In this document: piece after piece, positions 27,564 through 37,356 of the stretch
Layout: every line of letters starts with the position of its first letter
Position numbering within the stretch: position 1 is the first letter of the stretch
Origin: Polyangiales bacterium
GTDB lineage: Bacteria; Myxococcota_A; Polyangia; Polyangiales; Houyiibacteriaceae
Length of the DNA stretch: 64,000 nt
Direction of reading: 5' to 3'
NCBI GenBank assembly: GCA_045106895.1
Contig: JBGCFM010000024.1
Span: 64,001 to 128,000 of the forward strand
The notes under the pieces: generated by a model
Databases searched by the model: none
What the model saw: only the letters and a program-made list of their open reading frames with translations
Told to the model about the DNA's origin: nothing
Made by a program: the position numbers and the translations under genes

Positions 27564-28253
27564 CTACACCTCGAACCCTCTGCCTGCTTTCGCGCGGCGT
27601 TTGTATTTTCGTTCGTCGAATCGGTACAGACGCGCGGCTCGGTGGGCGACGTCGCGTTCCACCTCGTCGAGTTCTTCCAGCACGTCCATCGCGAGGATCT
27701 TTTTGCGGAAATTGCGCCGGTCGAGGGGAGTTTCGAGGACGGTCTCGTAGAGTCCACGCAGTTGGCTCAGGGTGAACTTCTTGGGAAGCAGTTCAAAGCC
27801 GATGGGCTCGCGGCGCACCTTCGTCTTTAGCCGCTCAAGAGCTTGCTGGACGATGAGTTCGTGGTCGAAGGCGAGGGAAGGAACATCCCACACAGCAAAC
27901 CAGCGGGCGTCGCAGGCGTCCGTGGCGGCTTGGATGCGGTGGTCGCGCAGACGGACGAGGGCGTAGTAGGCGACGGTGACGACCCGGCCTCGGGGATCGC
28001 GCCCCACGTCGTCGAAGGTGCTCAGCTGCTCCAGGTAGGAGCTGGAAAGTCCCGTCTCTTCCTCCAGCTCACGCCGCGCCGCCTCGGGAAGGTCTTCGTC
28101 CATGTGGACGAAACCGCCGGGCAAAGCCCATGAGCCTTCAAAGGGCGGAACGCCGCGCTCGATGAGGAGGATCTTCAGGTCCTCGTCATCGATGCCAAAG
28201 ACCACGCAGTCCACGGTGAGAGCGGGGCGAGGATATTCGTAGGTATGGGTCAC
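27564..28253 (-). CDS. nrtR: NrtR-family Nudix-wHTH regulator
   Basis: WALPGGFV...[11 protein letters not shown]udix box, [33 protein letters not shown]. Confidence 0.88.
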   Translation of the reverse strand: MTHTYEYPRPALTVDCVVFGIDDEDLKILLIERGVPPFEGSWALPGGFVHMDEDLPEAARRELEEETGLSSSYLEQLSTFDDVGRDPRGRVVTVAYYALVRLRDHRIQAATDACDARWFAVWDVPSLAFDHELIVQQALERLKTKVRREPIGFELLPKKFTLSQLRGLYETVLETPLDRRNFRKKILAMDVLEELDEVERDVAHRAARLYRFDERKYKRRAKAGRGFEV

Positions 28254-28274
28254 AGTTCTGAAGGCCCGTTTCTC

Positions 28275-28295
28275 TTTGCGTAGATGATACGCATA
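28275..28295. promoter_or_regulatory. NrtR operator 1
   Basis: TTTGCGTAGATGATACGCATA: TGCGTA/TACGCA palindrome with GT-N7-AC core. Confidence 0.75.
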
Positions 28296-28297
28296 GC

Positions 28298-28318
28298 TTA
28301 GCGTATGTCATACACAAA
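28298..28318. promoter_or_regulatory. NrtR operator 2
   Basis: TTAGCGTATGTCATACACAAA: GT-N7-AC core, 23 bp centre-to-centre from operator 1. Confidence 0.65.
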
Positions 28319-28329
28319 GAGAAAACGAA

Positions 28330-28941
28330 ATGAAATTAGAGACACGAAACTACGAAGAGCAGCAAAAGGAGTGGCCCCAGGAAGGGCGTCATATCCTCGC
28401 TCACTACGATGACGAGAGCGTCGTCGTCTACCAGGCGTACTCACCGCGCATTGGCCACTTCGCTGCGAAGCACGGCTACTTCGGTGGCGACTTTTCCTAC
28501 GGACGCATGAGCTGGATCAAACCCAACTTCCTCTGGATGATGTACCGCTCCGGCTGGGGCGTGAAGCAGGACCAAGAGGTAACGCTCGCCGTGCGGCTCA
28601 AGCGGGAAGGCTTCGACACGATTCTCCGGAGCGCCGTTCCATCGAGCGCGAGCCGGGGAGAGATCAAGAACTCGGACATACGTCTCCAGTGGGATCCTGA
28701 TCACGGACCCGACGGCGCGAACCAAGCGCGACGAGCGATTCAGCTGGGACTCCGCGGCGAGGCCCTCAAGCGTTATGGCCGCGAGTGGATCGTGTCTATT
28801 GAAGACATCTCGGAGTTCGTCGCGCAGCAGCGAGCATACGTGGACGAACACTCGCGCTTAAGAACGCCGAAGGAACGTATTTATCCACCGGCGGATGAAG
28901 AGACCGCCCAGCGACTTCGCATAGAGAGACCAATGCGATGA
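28330..28941 (+). CDS. DUF4291-family protein
   Basis: VYQAY, RMSWIKPNFLWMMYRSGW, RLQWDPDH, RAIQLGL. Confidence 0.88.
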   Translation: MKLETRNYEEQQKEWPQEGRHILAHYDDESVVVYQAYSPRIGHFAAKHGYFGGDFSYGRMSWIKPNFLWMMYRSGWGVKQDQEVTLAVRLKREGFDTILRSAVPSSASRGEIKNSDIRLQWDPDHGPDGANQARRAIQLGLRGEALKRYGREWIVSIEDISEFVAQQRAYVDEHSRLRTPKERIYPPADEETAQRLRIERPMR

Positions 28942-29354
28942 ATCCCTTCTTCGCGCTCGGTGGTGTTCTTACGGTTTCGGCCTTTTCTTGGGCTTGGGCC
29001 CAGCCTTGGATTGCGCGGCGTCGGCACGAGCAGTACCTCGCGGGGCTCTTGCTTGAACCCCTCGAGACGCTGGCCGAGCGGATAAAGAACACGCTTCGTT
29101 CGCCGGGTTGGGGCTGGGAGAGTTTCTCCGCTGCGCAGAGGATTCTCGCAGGGAACGCGTGGACCGAGCAGATGCTACTCGACGGGTTGAAGGAGCTTCA
29201 GCAGGAAGTGGCGGCGTCGGACCAAGCGGCGGGACGTAGTGGCCGGGATTGCGACCGGTTCCATTACTACGACTGTGGGCTTATGGGTTTCTACGAAGCG
29301 TTGATCCAGCGTCTCGCACACGGAGACGGAACGAAGAAGACCCAGAAGCGTTAG
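28938..29354 (+). CDS. Hypothetical protein with N-terminal TM
   Basis: ATGA overlap with DUF4291 gene; hydrophobic N-terminus. Confidence 0.5.
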   Translation: MNPFFALGGVLTVSAFSWAWAQPWIARRRHEQYLAGLLLEPLETLAERIKNTLRSPGWGWESFSAAQRILAGNAWTEQMLLDGLKELQQEVAASDQAAGRSGRDCDRFHYYDCGLMGFYEALIQRLAHGDGTKKTQKR

Positions 29355-29386
29355 CCCCTGGGTCTTGGTCGTTGCTCTAACGAGTC

Positions 29387-30325
29387 TTAGAGAGCGCGAA
29401 GCTTGCGCTCTGCGTCCTTGCGGAGCGTGAGCCACATGAAGTTTCGAAGGTCGAAGAGGTCGACGGGGTTGAGCCCGGCTTCCTTGAGCGTCTTGCTCGC
29501 GTCGATGGTCATCTGCTCGAGGAGCTCGTAGGTGCCGAGGTCCGGCGTCATCTCAAGCTGAAGCTTGGGCATGAGGCTACGTGCCTGGTCGCGGAACGCC
29601 GTTGGGCGAATGCAGACGTGGGCGTGTGGATCGACGAGAGCCGCGAGGGACGTCGACAGAGCCCAGGTGGGTCGCACCTTGGCGGAGTGAAGCGCTTCGA
29701 GGAAGCGGTTGAAGCGGTCGGCGTACGCGCCTTCTCCGTGGAGGAGGTCGTAGGCGCCGATGCCCACAAGCTTTTCGCCCACTTCGCTGTCGATGCCGGT
29801 GATGGCTTTGCGCTCAGCGGAGGAGAGAAGGTCGGTTCCGAGGACAACGCCACGAACGGCGTCGAGGATTCCGGTCCAGTCTTCTGCCTCGCGAAGAGGT
29901 TCCATGACCTCCTTGGCCAGCGCGGTCTTCACCTTCTCGATGGCTGGGTCGATGTGCGCGCGCTTGCTCGTCGTCTCGCTGGAGCGGTACGCCTTGCGGT
30001 AGCGCTCTTCGGCGAAGCCTTCCGGCAACGCTGCGCGGAAAAGCGCAATCTGATCGCCGAAGGTCATGGACGCCTTCACGCGGCCATCGCGTGCAGCCGA
30101 CGAGAGGTCGTTGTGACGCAGAAGAGTGCGAAGCTTACGAACCGACGCCTTCGCGTCGTCTTCGGCAGGGTTTACAGGTTCGAGGAGCGAGTAAAAGCGC
30201 TCTGAGATCGAACGCACCTGGCCATCTTCAAACTGGTACTGGCGGCGGTCTTCTGTTTCAGAGGCCAGAACAGCGCGGCCCCACTCGGGTCGGGCCTTGT
30301 GAATAAACAGCTGCTGATGAGACAA
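29387..30325 (-). CDS. Hypothetical protein (DUF3553-like N-terminal beta module)
   Basis: HKARPEWGRAV N-terminus; 312-aa ORF with GC-rich third positions. Confidence 0.65.
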   Translation of the reverse strand: MSHQQLFIHKARPEWGRAVLASETEDRRQYQFEDGQVRSISERFYSLLEPVNPAEDDAKASVRKLRTLLRHNDLSSAARDGRVKASMTFGDQIALFRAALPEGFAEERYRKAYRSSETTSKRAHIDPAIEKVKTALAKEVMEPLREAEDWTGILDAVRGVVLGTDLLSSAERKAITGIDSEVGEKLVGIGAYDLLHGEGAYADRFNRFLEALHSAKVRPTWALSTSLAALVDPHAHVCIRPTAFRDQARSLMPKLQLEMTPDLGTYELLEQMTIDASKTLKEAGLNPVDLFDLRNFMWLTLRKDAERKLRAL

Positions 30326-30455
30326 GCGAGACGCTCCTATCGCGGCAAAGCCTTAGGTGTCGCCCCACGCGAGACCGCTTTGCTGGAGGGATGGTCTAGC
30401 CCAAAACAAGCCACTGTCGAGGCGTAGGGATCACGAAAGATGCCAAAAAACGCAC

Positions 30456-30484
30456 AAAAAACGCCCTCAGCGGGGCTGAGGGCG
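30456..30484 (-). terminator. Intrinsic terminator (possibly bidirectional)
   Basis: 10-bp stem CGCCCTCAGC/GCTGAGGGCG with A6 on the left and T5 on the right, just downstream of the Spy/CpxP gene. Confidence 0.75.
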
Positions 30485-30507
30485 CTCTTTTTGATGTTGA
30501 AAGTCGT

Positions 30508-31251
30508 TTACTGGGCGCTAGGACCGCCCCGGCGACCGTGGCCTCGGCCTCTCCGGCCATGGCGTCCGCGCTCTCCGCGCTCGGCCCGACGCGCCGTGCG
30601 AATCGCTTTTTGCTCGTCGGTGAGGACGTTGTTGATGGCACTCCGGGTGCGCTCACGGACGGCCTGTGTCGCGCCTGCAGCATCTCCGTTTCGCCGGGCC
30701 TGGGCGCGGTCGGTGTGGGACTGCTCAAGAATCGAGGTGACACGCTGAGCTTGGGCGGGGGTGAGAGAGAGGTGTTCCGTCATTCGCTCGACACGATGCG
30801 TGAGTCGTTCCGCCTGACGTGTGCTGCGAAGGGTCTGCAGCTGAGTGCGTTGCGCAGGGGTCAGTACCTCACCGACCAAGCGGCGACTCTCGCTTCGTAG
30901 TGCGCGAAGTGCGCTTCGGTTTGCTTCGGTGCGCTCGGCTCCGCGGAGAGCGCGCATCTGTTCGCGGCTGCTCTGGCGGATAGCGCGAATCTGTTCCTTC
31001 TGGTTGTCGCTGAGGTCTACCTGCCGCAGAAGGCCATGGCCTCGGTGGCCTCGGTGAGCGCGACGACCTCGTCGTGCCGGGGTGCCTTCAGCTCGTTCGC
31101 CGCGGCTGCCACGTCGGGCGCGTCGGTTTGGACGCTCGGAGCTCTCTGCGGCGGAATCGGTGCCCTGAGCGAAGCTCACCTCCGGCGCTACAAAGGCGCC
31201 AAGGGCCAGCGAGAGGGCGAGGGGAGTGAGAATCTTGAGGGGGCTCTTCAT
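30508..31251 (-). CDS. Spy/CpxP-family (LTxxQ) periplasmic chaperone
   Basis: Signal peptide; LSDNQ, LTPAQ twice, LTDEQ motifs. Confidence 0.8.
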   Translation of the reverse strand: MKSPLKILTPLALSLALGAFVAPEVSFAQGTDSAAESSERPNRRARRGSRGERAEGTPARRGRRAHRGHRGHGLLRQVDLSDNQKEQIRAIRQSSREQMRALRGAERTEANRSALRALRSESRRLVGEVLTPAQRTQLQTLRSTRQAERLTHRVERMTEHLSLTPAQAQRVTSILEQSHTDRAQARRNGDAAGATQAVRERTRSAINNVLTDEQKAIRTARRAERGERGRHGRRGRGHGRRGGPSAQ

Positions 31252-31434
31252 GGTGCGTTTCCTTTCGAGGACTTGGGCCTCGTAAGAAGAGACGCTTCGG
31301 TTCTGAAGCAAACCTTAAGCAGCCCTCGAAGTACGAATCGTAAAACGACGAAAAGCCCATTGATTACATGTGGATACGCTTTCTTAAGAAAGATCGACAT
31401 TCTCTAAAATATTGTTGATAAGCGCCAAAGTGGT

Positions 31435-31959
31435 ATGAGCTGGAGGATGACAAAGACTCTTGTTTTAGTACTTAGCGGCCTCCTCTTTTGCGCATGTGGG
31501 GATGACGACAGCGTTACCGACTCTGGGCCTGCGACCCCAGACGCCACCGAAGGCATGGACGCCGGACCGGGTGACGACGATGCGGGTCCCGACGAAGAGG
31601 ACGCCGGTCCCGACGAAGAGGATGCAGGTCCGATCACCACCGACGCTGGCCCTCAGGATGTAGGCGTCGACGCGCCCTCTTCCCCGGATGCCGGCCCGAT
31701 GTGCCTGCTCAACAGCGACTGCCCTGACACCGACCTCTGCGCCGAAGTTGAGCCCGGCACGGAGATGTCTTTCTGCATCCCCGGTGAGCGCGGAACGACG
31801 CCATACGGCGACGCGTGCACGACAAGCGAGCAGTGCGTGAGCGGCGCTTGCCTTGAGGACTTCTGCACACAGGAATGCGCTGCGGAAGACGCGTGCCCCA
31901 ACGACAACTTGCCACGTTGCTCGCCCGGCCTGGGACTCTGCGTTCCTGCTGCTGAGTGA
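31435..31959 (+). CDS. Cys-rich lipoprotein with DAGP repeats
   Basis: FCACGDDD lipobox; DEEDAGP repeats; Cys-rich C-terminus. Confidence 0.7.
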   Translation: MSWRMTKTLVLVLSGLLFCACGDDDSVTDSGPATPDATEGMDAGPGDDDAGPDEEDAGPDEEDAGPITTDAGPQDVGVDAPSSPDAGPMCLLNSDCPDTDLCAEVEPGTEMSFCIPGERGTTPYGDACTTSEQCVSGACLEDFCTQECAAEDACPNDNLPRCSPGLGLCVPAAE

Positions 31960-32594
31960 GCCTCATGTCCCGTACCTTCGATGAGGTTCGCGCAGTCGGC
32001 CTCCTGAAGCTCTACGGGACAACCCGTGCTCTCGCGAGCATCGACGCCGAGTTTCCGGCGGGCGCTACGACCATCGTCGAAGGCCACAACGGAAGCGGCA
32101 AGAGCACGCTCGTGCAGATCCTCGCGCAGCTGGCGCGGCCGACGAAGGGCCGCGTCCACTACGGAGATCTCAAAGCGCGAGAGGCACGTCGCCAGATCGG
32201 CCTCGTGTCTCACGCACCCCTTGTTTATAGTGATCTAAGCGCCCGCGAGAACCTCGAGTTCTTTGCGGGCCTTTATGATGCACCGCTCAGCGCTGTTCAG
32301 GAGATGATCGAGCGTTTTGAGCTGACGGCCATCGCCGAGCGCGCCCTGAAGACCTACTCCCGCGGTCAGACGCAGCGAGTCTCCCTCGCACGCGCGCTTC
32401 TGGCGAAGCCGAAGCTCTTGCTCCTGGACGAGCCGTCCACAGGCTTGGATGAGTCCGGCACGGAGGGGCTCGCGGAGGTCATCGACGAAGAGAAAAAGCG
32501 TGGCGCCATCATCGTCGTGGTTACGCACCACCCGGCATTTGCCGAACGAGTCGGCGACCGCACGCTGACGCTGGTCCGGGGCCGGGTGGCATGA
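31956..32594 (+). CDS. ccmA: Heme exporter ATP-binding subunit
   Basis: GHNGSGKST, YSRGQTQR, LLLDEP; adjacent to ccmB. Confidence 0.8.
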   Translation: MSLMSRTFDEVRAVGLLKLYGTTRALASIDAEFPAGATTIVEGHNGSGKSTLVQILAQLARPTKGRVHYGDLKAREARRQIGLVSHAPLVYSDLSARENLEFFAGLYDAPLSAVQEMIERFELTAIAERALKTYSRGQTQRVSLARALLAKPKLLLLDEPSTGLDESGTEGLAEVIDEEKKRGAIIVVVTHHPAFAERVGDRTLTLVRGRVA

Positions 32595-33271
32595 GGGAGT
32601 TCTTCAGAAGCACGCGCCAGATCGCCGCGAAGGACCTCCGCATCGAGTGGAAGACGAAGGAGATCACATACTCCACGGCGCTCTTCGCGACGCTGGTTGT
32701 GATCATGGCGTCGCTCTCTTTCTATCTGACTCCCTCCCTCGCTCGGCAGATCGCCCCAGGTGTTCTCTGGATCGCCATCACCTTTGGCGGGCTCTTGGCC
32801 GTGGGGCGTGGCTGGGCAAGGGAGCGCGATGGTGACGCCATGCGGGCGCTTTTGCTTTCGCCAGCGCCACGGGCGTCCATCTACTTCGGCAAGCTGCTCT
32901 CCAACTTGTTCTTTCTTCTTGTTGTCGAGGTCATCATCACGCCGATGGTGGCGCTCTTCTTCCACATCGATCTTTGGGCCGTTCTTGGGCCTCTGGCTCT
33001 AATTCTTGTGCTCGGAACGCTTGGTTTCGTCGCCGCTGCGACGCTCTTCGGTGCGATGACCGTTCGAACCGGCGCCCGCGACCTCGCGCTGAGTGTGGTG
33101 GTTTTCCCCCTGATCACTCCAGCTCTCCTGGCCTCCGTGGTCGCGACGAAGCAGCTCTTTGGCGGGGCGGAGCTCGGTGACACCATGGTCTGGGTCCGAA
33201 TCCTCCTAGCGTTTGATGTATTCTTCATCGCAGCGGGCATGGCGCTTTTCGAACCGCTTATGAGCGACTAG
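32591..33271 (+). CDS. ccmB: Heme exporter permease
   Basis: KDLRIEW, PGVLWI, IYFGK, FPLITP; six TMs. Confidence 0.88.
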   Translation: MREFFRSTRQIAAKDLRIEWKTKEITYSTALFATLVVIMASLSFYLTPSLARQIAPGVLWIAITFGGLLAVGRGWARERDGDAMRALLLSPAPRASIYFGKLLSNLFFLLVVEVIITPMVALFFHIDLWAVLGPLALILVLGTLGFVAAATLFGAMTVRTGARDLALSVVVFPLITPALLASVVATKQLFGGAELGDTMVWVRILLAFDVFFIAAGMALFEPLMSD

Positions 33272-33356
33272 TCGCGAACCGGGCGAGAAACTAGGCGCCT
33301 CAAACGAGGTAAAAGCCTTCCCGCGGAAGGGGCCAGCGATCTATGCTGGCCGCCCC

Positions 33357-36300
33357 TTGGCTAACGATTCCCAGCTCCTCGCCGACATCAAGCAGATGAT
33401 CCTGGAGCGCCGCTTCCAAGATGCGGTGCGGGCGTGTCGGCGTGAACTGCTCTCCCATCCGTCCAAGTACGATATTCGGCTTATGTTGGGTCATGCCTTG
33501 ATGGCCTTGTCTCGCTACGACGACGTTCGCACGGAGATGCAGGTGCTTCTGCGCTCCGCCCCTGAATACGGAGCCGCCCACCGCGTGCTAGGCGAGGCGT
33601 TCCTTCGTCTGAAACGCACGGATGAAGCCGCGCAGTCATTGCGCTCGGCGATGCATCTCGATGAGAACGACGACGAAGCGCGGGGCCTGTTGGCGGAGCT
33701 CGAAGGAACGCCGCCGCCATCCATGTCCATCGACCGTCGCTTCACGGATGAGACGACGAAGGCGGAGGGGGAGATCGCGCGAGACCCGAGTCTCCCAACG
33801 ATGTCGTCTCCGGAGTTCGACGATCCCACGACGACCTCGAACCACCGGCTCCCCGAGTATGAGCCGAGCGTGACCCTCGACTCGGAGTTCGAGCAAGAAG
33901 TCTTCGAGCAGCTCGAAGAGCTCGAAGGTGAGGCCACGGTGATGACCTCGCCTGTGTATCAGGCGCTCAGGGGCGACGACACTCGGGGCAAGGGCGACAA
34001 GAGTAGCCCCTTCGACGACGAGACATTCGGGAGGATGGAGCCCCTCCCGGGCGATAGCACTCGGGCAAAGTCCGCGGACTTGCCCGGGGATGACGCGCGA
34101 GGGAAGCCCTCCGTGGTGCTGGCCCCAGAGCTTGCTGCGCCCGCGCTGCCCGGCGACGACACCCGAGGAAAGCCGCGGCCTCCAGCGAAGAGGCGAGCCC
34201 CGACGATGATGGGGATCGGTGGCCACCCAGGTTTGAAGCCGGCGGTGTCGGATCCAGGCTTTGAGCTCAACACCAGCGATCTGATGAGCGCTTCGGACGA
34301 CCTCCTTTCGATGTCGGCGGAATTGGTTCTCGACGATCTCGAGGGTGAGCCCACGCGTGCACGCGCCTCCGAAGAACTCGAGGACGAAAAGACTCGCCAG
34401 CGCCAGCCCAAGTCGCCGCAAGCGCTCCCGTCCATTCAGGCGCCGATGGTGCCGGCTGCGGCGCCAGCCATGCCCCCGGCCCCCGCTCCTCCACGCGCGG
34501 CTCCGCCCCGTGCAGCACCGCCAGGCGCCGCTCCACCCGGGTCAGCGCCACCAAACGCTGCGCCGCTCGGGGCGCCTTCCTTCGCGCCGGACCGCTGGAA
34601 GTCCGCGGAGCTGCCCCCAGGCTTCGGGCAAAGCCAGCCCGCGTTCGCGAAGCCACCCGTCCAGGGACCTCCGACGGGCTTTCCGGGATCCCCTTCAAAA
34701 CCAGGGCTGCCCTCAGCCGGCATGCCGCCGCGCGCGGGACCACCGCCTCAGTACGGCGCTGGCTCAGGCTCGAATACGCCTCTTCCAGAGCTAGAGAGCG
34801 AAGCGACGCTCGCGCGTGCTCCTGTGGACCCTTTTCCAAAGCTCGTGGCCAGCGCCACCCCAATGATCGCACCACGGACGCCGGACTTTTCGCCGCCGGC
34901 GAACGCACCGAGCGCACCGACTCCGATGCCGAGTCCGGAGGCGCCAGCACGCGAACAGAAGTCGACGAAGCGCAGCAAGCGTAAGAAGAATCGCGCCACG
35001 GAGGTGATCAAGAAGCAGGGCGCGGGTCTGCGTGAACGTTGGCCCCCCGCTGTTCTGGTCGCGCTCTTGGGCGTGCCAGTGTTGCTCGTCGCCACCATCT
35101 TCTACGCGTACCGCTCCTACACCGTGGCGGAGGCGGAACGAGAGGTCAGCATCGCGGCGCGTCGCGCGGCAAACGTCGGCACGCTCCCGTTGGTTCAGCA
35201 GGCCATCGCCCTCGACGCCGAGGCCAACTCCAACGTGCCCCTGGCGGTGGCGCGTCGTGCGTTCTTGTACTCGCTCTCGGCCATCGAGCACGGAGCCCCG
35301 GAAGAAGAGCGCGTGTTGTCGCTCGCGGAACTGGCCCCGGGGAACACCTCCCTCGAAGCGTTGGCCCGCGCCTACATTGCTCTTGAACAGGGTGAAGTTG
35401 GCCGCGCAGAAGAACTCCTCGCACCCTTTGATGAAAACGAGGTGTGGGGCGAGGTGGCCTTCGCACGCGCCATGGCGGCGTACCGCGTGGGAGACTCCGA
35501 ACGCGCCGTGACTCTGGCGCGTGCGGCCCAAGCACTTCAGCCCTCTGCAACCCGCTACACGGCGTTTATGGTTCGAGCGCTCATCGCCGACGGTGACATC
35601 GAAGACGCCGAGCAGCTCGCCACAGGTCTCGAGGGCGCCGAAGGTCCGCTCGTGCACCTCGCTCGGGCAGAAGTGAAGATCGCGAGCGGCGACTACGACG
35701 AGGGCAGCGAGCTCGCCACCTCCGTGGTGGACGCGGCGGACGCGAGCAGCCGGCAACGCGCGCTGGCCTACCTGTTCTTGGCGAAGGCCGCCGCCGGTCA
35801 GAACCAGGCAGAGGCCGCGGTGACAAATATCGAAGCTGCTTTCGCCGCAGAGGACCCAAGCGATGAAGGCTTTGTCCTCGACGCCATCAAGGTCTACCTC
35901 AGCATCGGCAACAGTGAGGCCGCGACAGCGCTCCTCCCTCGCCTCGCGAGCAACGAGCTTGGGGCGGCCCGTCGAGCCACAGCGGTGACCGCGGTGCACC
36001 TCCAAGCGGAGAACTACGAGGCCGCGGAGGCTGCGTTGGCGAGCGCGCCGGATTCGCCGCGGACCGCCTTCATGCGTGGTCAGCTCGCCGAAGCGAAGGG
36101 CGATATTCCTGCGGCGAAGCGCGCGTATGAAGCCGCGGCGGCGAGCCCTGCGGAGGCGTTCCGAGCACGCATGCGGCTCGGAGCGATGGCGCTCAGCGCC
36201 GGAGAGCCGGCGGAAGCGGTGGCGGAGCTTGAGCGAGTCCGGACAAATCGCGAAGGCGACACAGAGTTCGTGCTCCTGCTCGTTCGTGCGTACCTGGCGA

Positions 36301-37310
36301 ACGACGACAACGACGCGGCGAGCGCCGCGGTTCGCTCAGCACGCGCCGCCAACCCAGACGACGCGCGCATTCGCGTCGCCGAAGCGGACATTCAGATGGC
36401 CGGCGGTAACTACGAGGAAGCGCTCACCACGCTCACGGCTCTCGTCGAGACAAGCCCGCGAGACGTCACGCTCCAGGCGACGCTCGGGGACGCTGCGCGA
36501 CTCGCAGGGAACTTTGAGCGCGCCGGGACGGCCTACGACGCGGCCCTGGCTATCGACGCGCGGGACTCGCGTTCATTGAGCGGAAAGATCACGCTGGCGA
36601 TGGCCAGCGGGGACACCGACGCCACGGAAGCTGCCATCAATGCGGCTGCGGCCGGCGGCATCACGGACCTCGACCTGGCGCGCGCCCAGCTGAGCCTGCT
36701 TCGCGCCGAGGGCCGCGGTGCCGTGGAGAAGTTCGACGCGCTGGTGAACAACCGAACTCGCGATGTGGAACTCCTCGTAGGTCTCGCCCAAGCTCATCTC
36801 CAGGCCGAGTCCTACGGCAGCGCCAAGTCTGTTTTCCAGCGGGCGTCACGCATCGACCCGCGGAACATCGACATCATGGTCGGTCTCTCGTTTGTCGAAA
36901 CGCGACGTGGACGCCTTCGCGCTGCAGGTCAGGCGCTTCGGCGCTCGCGCCGGGCTATCTCCGGCCCTCGCGATGAGGCGCGCGTGTCCGTGGCCCGCGG
37001 CTGGATCTCGCTGGAATACGGTCGCCTCGGTGACGCCGCCGAGGCCGCTCAGGCGGCGCTTGAGAAGGACCCGCAGTCCGCCGAGGCCCACTTTCTTTTG
37101 GCGATGACGGCGGACTCACAAGGGCGGGATTCGGCACAGCACCTTACCCAAGCTCTCGCGGGCCACGGGGTGACACCTGAAATGCTCGGTCAGATGGTCA
37201 TCCACGGACCTCGTGAGGGACGCTGTGCGCTAGCGGCTCGCTACATGGCAGCGTCACCGGAGGGCGTCGATTCACGCGACGTTGAGCGTCTCGCCAGTCG
37301 CTGCCGTTGA
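33357..37310 (+). CDS. Large membrane-spanning TPR protein
   Basis: N-terminal TPRs, acidic/Pro-rich linker, single TM, long C-terminal TPR array; 1317 aa. Confidence 0.8.
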   Translation: MANDSQLLADIKQMILERRFQDAVRACRRELLSHPSKYDIRLMLGHALMALSRYDDVRTEMQVLLRSAPEYGAAHRVLGEAFLRLKRTDEAAQSLRSAMHLDENDDEARGLLAELEGTPPPSMSIDRRFTDETTKAEGEIARDPSLPTMSSPEFDDPTTTSNHRLPEYEPSVTLDSEFEQEVFEQLEELEGEATVMTSPVYQALRGDDTRGKGDKSSPFDDETFGRMEPLPGDSTRAKSADLPGDDARGKPSVVLAPELAAPALPGDDTRGKPRPPAKRRAPTMMGIGGHPGLKPAVSDPGFELNTSDLMSASDDLLSMSAELVLDDLEGEPTRARASEELEDEKTRQRQPKSPQALPSIQAPMVPAAAPAMPPAPAPPRAAPPRAAPPGAAPPGSAPPNAAPLGAPSFAPDRWKSAELPPGFGQSQPAFAKPPVQGPPTGFPGSPSKPGLPSAGMPPRAGPPPQYGAGSGSNTPLPELESEATLARAPVDPFPKLVASATPMIAPRTPDFSPPANAPSAPTPMPSPEAPAREQKSTKRSKRKKNRATEVIKKQGAGLRERWPPAVLVALLGVPVLLVATIFYAYRSYTVAEAEREVSIAARRAANVGTLPLVQQAIALDAEANSNVPLAVARRAFLYSLSAIEHGAPEEERVLSLAELAPGNTSLEALARAYIALEQGEVGRAEELLAPFDENEVWGEVAFARAMAAYRVGDSERAVTLARAAQALQPSATRYTAFMVRALIADGDIEDAEQLATGLEGAEGPLVHLARAEVKIASGDYDEGSELATSVVDAADASSRQRALAYLFLAKAAAGQNQAEAAVTNIEAAFAAEDPSDEGFVLDAIKVYLSIGNSEAATALLPRLASNELGAARRATAVTAVHLQAENYEAAEAALASAPDSPRTAFMRGQLAEAKGDIPAAKRAYEAAAASPAEAFRARMRLGAMALSAGEPAEAVAELERVRTNREGDTEFVLLLVRAYLANDDNDAASAAVRSARAANPDDARIRVAEADIQMAGGNYEEALTTLTALVETSPRDVTLQATLGDAARLAGNFERAGTAYDAALAIDARDSRSLSGKITLAMASGDTDATEAAINAAAAGGITDLDLARAQLSLLRAEGRGAVEKFDALVNNRTRDVELLVGLAQAHLQAESYGSAKSVFQRASRIDPRNIDIMVGLSFVETRRGRLRAAGQALRRSRRAISGPRDEARVSVARGWISLEYGRLGDAAEAAQAALEKDPQSAEAHFLLAMTADSQGRDSAQHLTQALAGHGVTPEMLGQMVIHGPREGRCALAARYMAASPEGVDSRDVERLASRCR

Positions 37311-37356
37311 TGAGAGCCCTTCCGTGATCGTCACCGGCTGATCTACCCTCGGGAAG

